Assembly (NCBI GenBank): GCA_944324685.1
Contig: CALUXG010000030.1
Location: forward strand, 9,073 to 73,072
Length of the DNA stretch: 64,000 nucleotides
Origin: an uncultured Elusimicrobiales bacterium
Lineage (GTDB): Bacteria > Elusimicrobiota > Elusimicrobia > Elusimicrobiales > Elusimicrobiaceae
Direction: 5' to 3'
Of the stretch, positions 61,397 through 64,000 are shown piece after piece. Position numbers and translations under genes: made by a program. The notes under the pieces were generated by a model. The model was not told where the DNA came from and made no database searches. It saw nothing but the letters and a program-made list of their open reading frames with translations. Within the stretch, counting starts at the first letter, position 1. Every line of letters begins with the position of its first letter.

Positions 61397-62191
61397 ATGA
61401 CTAAACAAATCATGGGCATCGTAAATGCCACGCCGGATTCTTTTTACGATGGAGATCCCCAGAACAATTTGGACAAACTGCTCGCCAAATGCCACACGCA
61501 TCTGACGGACGGAGCCGACATTTTGGACATCGGCGGGGAATCCACGCGGCCAAATGCCACACCCGTCTCGGCCGAAGAAGAACTGGCCCGCACGTTAACG
61601 CTTATCCAACAAGCGCATATGCGCTGGCCGCAGGCCGTTATTTCTCAGGACACGTTCAAAATACCTGTCGCGCTGGAAGGCTTAAAAGCCGGCGTCCGCA
61701 TCATTAACGATGTCAGCGGTACGCCAGACGACGAAATGTTTAAGTTGGTAAAGGATTTTCAGGCTCAAATCGTCATCACACACAGCCGCGGAAACCCGCA
61801 AACCATGCAAACGCTGACGCATTACAAAGATTTAATAGGCGAAATAAAAGATTTTTTAGCGCAAAAAATCGCCCGCGCCCGCCAATGCGGGCTGTCCAAG
61901 GAACAAATCATCATAGACCCCGGCTTTGGTTTTGCCAAAACGAGGGAGCAAAATTATAAATTATTGGCACACGCCGGAGAATTTACTACACTGGGAGTGC
62001 GGCTGCTGATAGGATTGTCGCATAAAAAATTTTTAAGCCAAAGCGCGGAAAAGCCGCCCAAGCGCAAAACGCAAACCATTTGCGCCAACTTCGCCGCGTT
62101 GTGGGCAGGGGCGGATATCTTACGCGTACATGACGTCAGAGAAACAAAAAAAGCCGTAAATTTCTTTTTGGAACTGGAGGCAAATACATGA
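61397..62191 (+). CDS. folP: dihydropteroate synthase
   Basis: IMGIVNATPDSFYDGD, DIGGESTRP, INDVSG, DPGFGFAK. Confidence 0.9.
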   Translation: MTKQIMGIVNATPDSFYDGDPQNNLDKLLAKCHTHLTDGADILDIGGESTRPNATPVSAEEELARTLTLIQQAHMRWPQAVISQDTFKIPVALEGLKAGVRIINDVSGTPDDEMFKLVKDFQAQIVITHSRGNPQTMQTLTHYKDLIGEIKDFLAQKIARARQCGLSKEQIIIDPGFGFAKTREQNYKLLAHAGEFTTLGVRLLIGLSHKKFLSQSAEKPPKRKTQTICANFAALWAGADILRVHDVRETKKAVNFFLELEANT

Positions 62192-62538
62192 GCAAAGTAT
62201 TTTTAACGCAGGCAGGATCTTTCCGCGCCATGCACAGCCACGACGGCACATTGGCCGAACCGCTGCATGAACATCTGTTCCGCTATGAAGCCACGTTTTA
62301 CGGAGACATCAACGAAGAACGCTTTTTGGTGGATTTTCGCCAAATCAGCAACATGTTCAAAACGGAATTGGAAAAAATGTTAAACGGCTCGGACTTGACC
62401 ACTTTCCTGCCTTTCCCGACGGCGGAATCTTTGGCCATATGGCTTTATGACCGGATAAAGGCCAAAATGCCCAAGCTTTATTGCGTCAAAGTGGCCGAGT
62501 CGGAAGACCGGTGGGTAGAATACAGAGGCGAAGAATAA
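62188..62538 (+). CDS. PTPS/QueD-fold paralog, candidate PTPS-III (FolB-replacing) enzyme
   Basis: Second QueD-like protein (FRAMHSH...AEPLHEHLFRY) lying between folP and folK, with ATGA and TAATG overlaps. Confidence 0.7.
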   Translation: MSKVFLTQAGSFRAMHSHDGTLAEPLHEHLFRYEATFYGDINEERFLVDFRQISNMFKTELEKMLNGSDLTTFLPFPTAESLAIWLYDRIKAKMPKLYCVKVAESEDRWVEYRGEE

Positions 62539-63029
62539 TGCCTCTGGCCGTATTGGGGCTGGGAAGCAATCAAGCTGATCCCAAAGCCCAGCTGGACCGC
62601 GCCGTGCAAGCACTTAGCTCGCTGGGCCAAATAAAAGAAGTGGCACCGTATATTCTGTCTAAACCCGAAGGATACGACGCCCAGCCGGATTTCGTCAACA
62701 CGGTGGTGCTTTTGTCCACTCCGTACAAACCGGTGGATTTGCTTAAAAAACTAAAAGAAATAGAAAAAAAACACGGACGCATACCTACGTTTAAGAATGG
62801 TCCGCGCGTAATTGACTTGGACATTTTATTTTATGACGATCAAATAATTTTTGATACGGACGTCATGCTTTTTGTGCCGCATCCGCGTTTGCACGAACGG
62901 GAATTTGTCCTCAAACCGTTGAGTTATATTTTGCCGGACCTGACACATCCCCAATTAGGCAAAACCATTACCGCACTATACCGCGAACTCATGCGCAACA
63001 AAGGTGTGGCAACCTGTAAAATTTTGTAG
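62538..63029 (+). CDS. folK: 2-amino-4-hydroxy-6-hydroxymethyldihydropteridine diphosphokinase
   Basis: LGLGSNQADP, GPRVIDLDIL and PHPRLHEREFVLKPL. Start trimmed to ATG 62538. Confidence 0.85.
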   Translation: MPLAVLGLGSNQADPKAQLDRAVQALSSLGQIKEVAPYILSKPEGYDAQPDFVNTVVLLSTPYKPVDLLKKLKEIEKKHGRIPTFKNGPRVIDLDILFYDDQIIFDTDVMLFVPHPRLHEREFVLKPLSYILPDLTHPQLGKTITALYRELMRNKGVATCKIL

Positions 63030-63065
63030 AATAAAATCGGACAGCGGTATAATAGAGAGGATCTT

Positions 63066-63494
63066 ATGAAAAAATTATGTTTATGCTGCACGGCGGCGTT
63101 TTTGCTGGCGGCATGTGCCACCGGCCCCAAAGAACCCGGACGCGTGGGCCAAATGTATTTTACCACCATTTCTTTTGACGTAGACGGAGACGAAATTGCC
63201 ACCGCTTCATACAGGCAAATTGACGAAGCCGTCAAAGTTTATCTAAAAGGTCCCGCCTCGCGGGTGGAAGTGCGCGGATACACGGATTCCAGCGGCAATG
63301 CCGCCGCAAATATGACTTTATCCCAAAAACGCGCCGAACGCGTGGCAAAAGCCTTGCAAATACGCGGTATAGACAAAAGAAATATGCATGTGAAAGGTTA
63401 CGGGTCCCAAAAACCCATCGTTTCCAACAACACGCCGGAAGGACGCCAGCAAAACCGCCGTGTGGAAATAGAATTTCCATATCCGGAAAGATAA
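63066..63494 (+). CDS. OmpA-family (OmpA_C-like, peptidoglycan-binding) lipoprotein
   Basis: Lipobox LLAAC, then GYTDSSGNAAANMTLSQKRAERV...NRRVEI. Confidence 0.8.
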   Translation: MKKLCLCCTAAFLLAACATGPKEPGRVGQMYFTTISFDVDGDEIATASYRQIDEAVKVYLKGPASRVEVRGYTDSSGNAAANMTLSQKRAERVAKALQIRGIDKRNMHVKGYGSQKPIVSNNTPEGRQQNRRVEIEFPYPER

Positions 63495-63557
63495 TTTGCC
63501 GTTTGTGTTTGCCCGCAGATTGACAAACGCGTTTTGGAAAGAGACAAAGGAGGAAAC

Positions 63558-64000
63558 ATGAAAAAATTCGCTTTACTGTGCGCGGCCGCTTTATTTCTGA
63601 CGGCCTGCCACTGCGAGAGGAAAACCACCGGCACTCCGTGCCGCAAAGGCACCTGTCAAACGCAGCTGCAATCCCAGCGCAACGCAGAAGCCGCCCGCCG
63701 CGCCGCCGAACGACGCGCTGAAGCCAGAAGAAAAAGAGCGGAAGAGCAGGCCCGTCATTACGCCGAAATTGGCCGCGCCAAACGCCGCGGCAATATTATT
63801 ACCGTGGAATATGAAAAACCCATACAGTTTGGACACAACAGCGACCAGATAGATCCTGTCTCTTTTACGGAGCTGGACCGTACGGCCAACCTGCTGAAAA
63901 GACATCCGGAAAACAAAATCACCATCAAAGGATATACGGATTCTTTAGGAGATCCGGCTTATAATGTGGATTTGTCCCAGCGGCGCGCCAAAGCCGTAGC
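63558..64000 (+). CDS. second OmpA-family lipoprotein, 5' part (runs off the window)
   Basis: Manual translation from ATG 63558 (AAGGAGG Shine-Dalgarno sequence): MKKFALLCAAALFLTAC..., an Arg/Ala/Glu-rich helix, then GYTDSLGDPAYNVDLSQRRAKAV. Not in the ORF track because it is truncated. Confidence 0.7.
   Translation, partial: MKKFALLCAAALFLTACHCERKTTGTPCRKGTCQTQLQSQRNAEAARRAAERRAEARRKRAEEQARHYAEIGRAKRRGNIITVEYEKPIQFGHNSDQIDPVSFTELDRTANLLKRHPENKITIKGYTDSLGDPAYNVDLSQRRAKAV

Noticed and set aside
2069-62481. Longest-ORF start codons given in the track for several genes (2069, 3441, 4429, 7162, 17224, 26452, 29400, 31773, 38436, 45199, 52885, 57550, 57834, 59067, 60676, 62481).
   Set aside because: Some are TTG or GTG read as M, and others add N-terminal extensions that overlap upstream genes. 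Downstream ATGs have a Shine-Dalgarno sequence, a -10 element, a signal peptide or a conserved N-terminus, and those were used instead.
1-64000. Mobile elements, prophage, defence islands (RM, TA, CRISPR-Cas, retrons), secondary-metabolite clusters and rRNA.
   Set aside because: I recognised no integrase, transposase, reverse transcriptase, nuclease/helicase defence signature, cas gene or rRNA sequence. The window is core-genome-like throughout.

Overview
This is a densely coding 64 kb stretch of chromosome with about 70 CDS and one tRNA. I found no rRNA, CRISPR array, integrase, transposase or prophage genes. The gene content (AsmA, OmpA-like lipoproteins, LspA, pseudopilins, PilT) points to a diderm bacterium. 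My unverified guess is an uncultivated anaerobe, because two GFTLIELL-type pseudopilin paralogs sit alongside a full Bat aerotolerance-type cluster. No taxonomy can be proven from this window.

Main blocks in order:
- Minus-strand ECF sigma / anti-sigma / periplasmic thiol-redox operon, followed by a separate Ala-rich secreted repeat protein (0.9-4.4 kb).
- MATE efflux, fmt, a kinase-less PASTA protein and rpe (4.7-8.9 kb).
- rpsP, KH protein, trmD and rplS (8.9-10.6 kb).
- Pseudopilin 1 (10.9-11.4 kb).
- An 11-gene co-directional run: moxR, DUF58, a transmembrane protein, batA-E, gmhA, rpiB and pgi (11.5-22.5 kb).
- miaB and a PilZ protein, an orphan terminator region, miaA, pseudopilin 2 and hflX (22.6-27.8 kb).
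- Secreted S1 protease, plsY, gpsA and HU (27.8-30.8 kb).
- Minus-strand ileS, lspA, TPR lipoprotein, atypical P-type ATPase, queF and a hypothetical protein (30.9-38.4 kb).
- deoA, an MBL hydrolase and a POT transporter (38.5-42.1 kb).
- Minus-strand pyrR, tRNA-Leu, ftsQAZ, pilT, cmk, plsC, rpsA, queH and asmA (42.1-52.9 kb).
- smpB, era, a sugar-phosphate MFS, trxB, maf and another MFS (52.9-59 kb).
- A pterin cluster queD-queE-folE-folP-PTPS paralog-folK (59.9-63 kb), then two OmpA-like lipoproteins.

Observations most worth a second look:
1. A 255-nt in-frame array of four 32-nt palindromic repeat units sits inside the leader peptide region of pseudopilin 2.
2. The two longest homopolymer tracts in the window (T12 and T10 on the coding strand) lie in the putative promoters of the two pseudopilin genes.
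3. Thirteen operon-first genes share a '-10 hexamer, 6-7 nt, ATG' geometry, which suggests leaderless mRNAs.
4. An ECF sigma, a Cys-rich anti-sigma and a periplasmic redoxin fused to a CcdA/DsbD-like membrane domain form one operon.
5. A PASTA-only protein occupies the fmt...rpe slot that a PASTA Ser/Thr kinase (PrkC) occupies in Bacillus subtilis.
6. A P-type ATPase has altered TGE and CPC motifs and is translationally coupled to queF.

All functional calls come from reading motifs in the translated ORFs. No database search was run.
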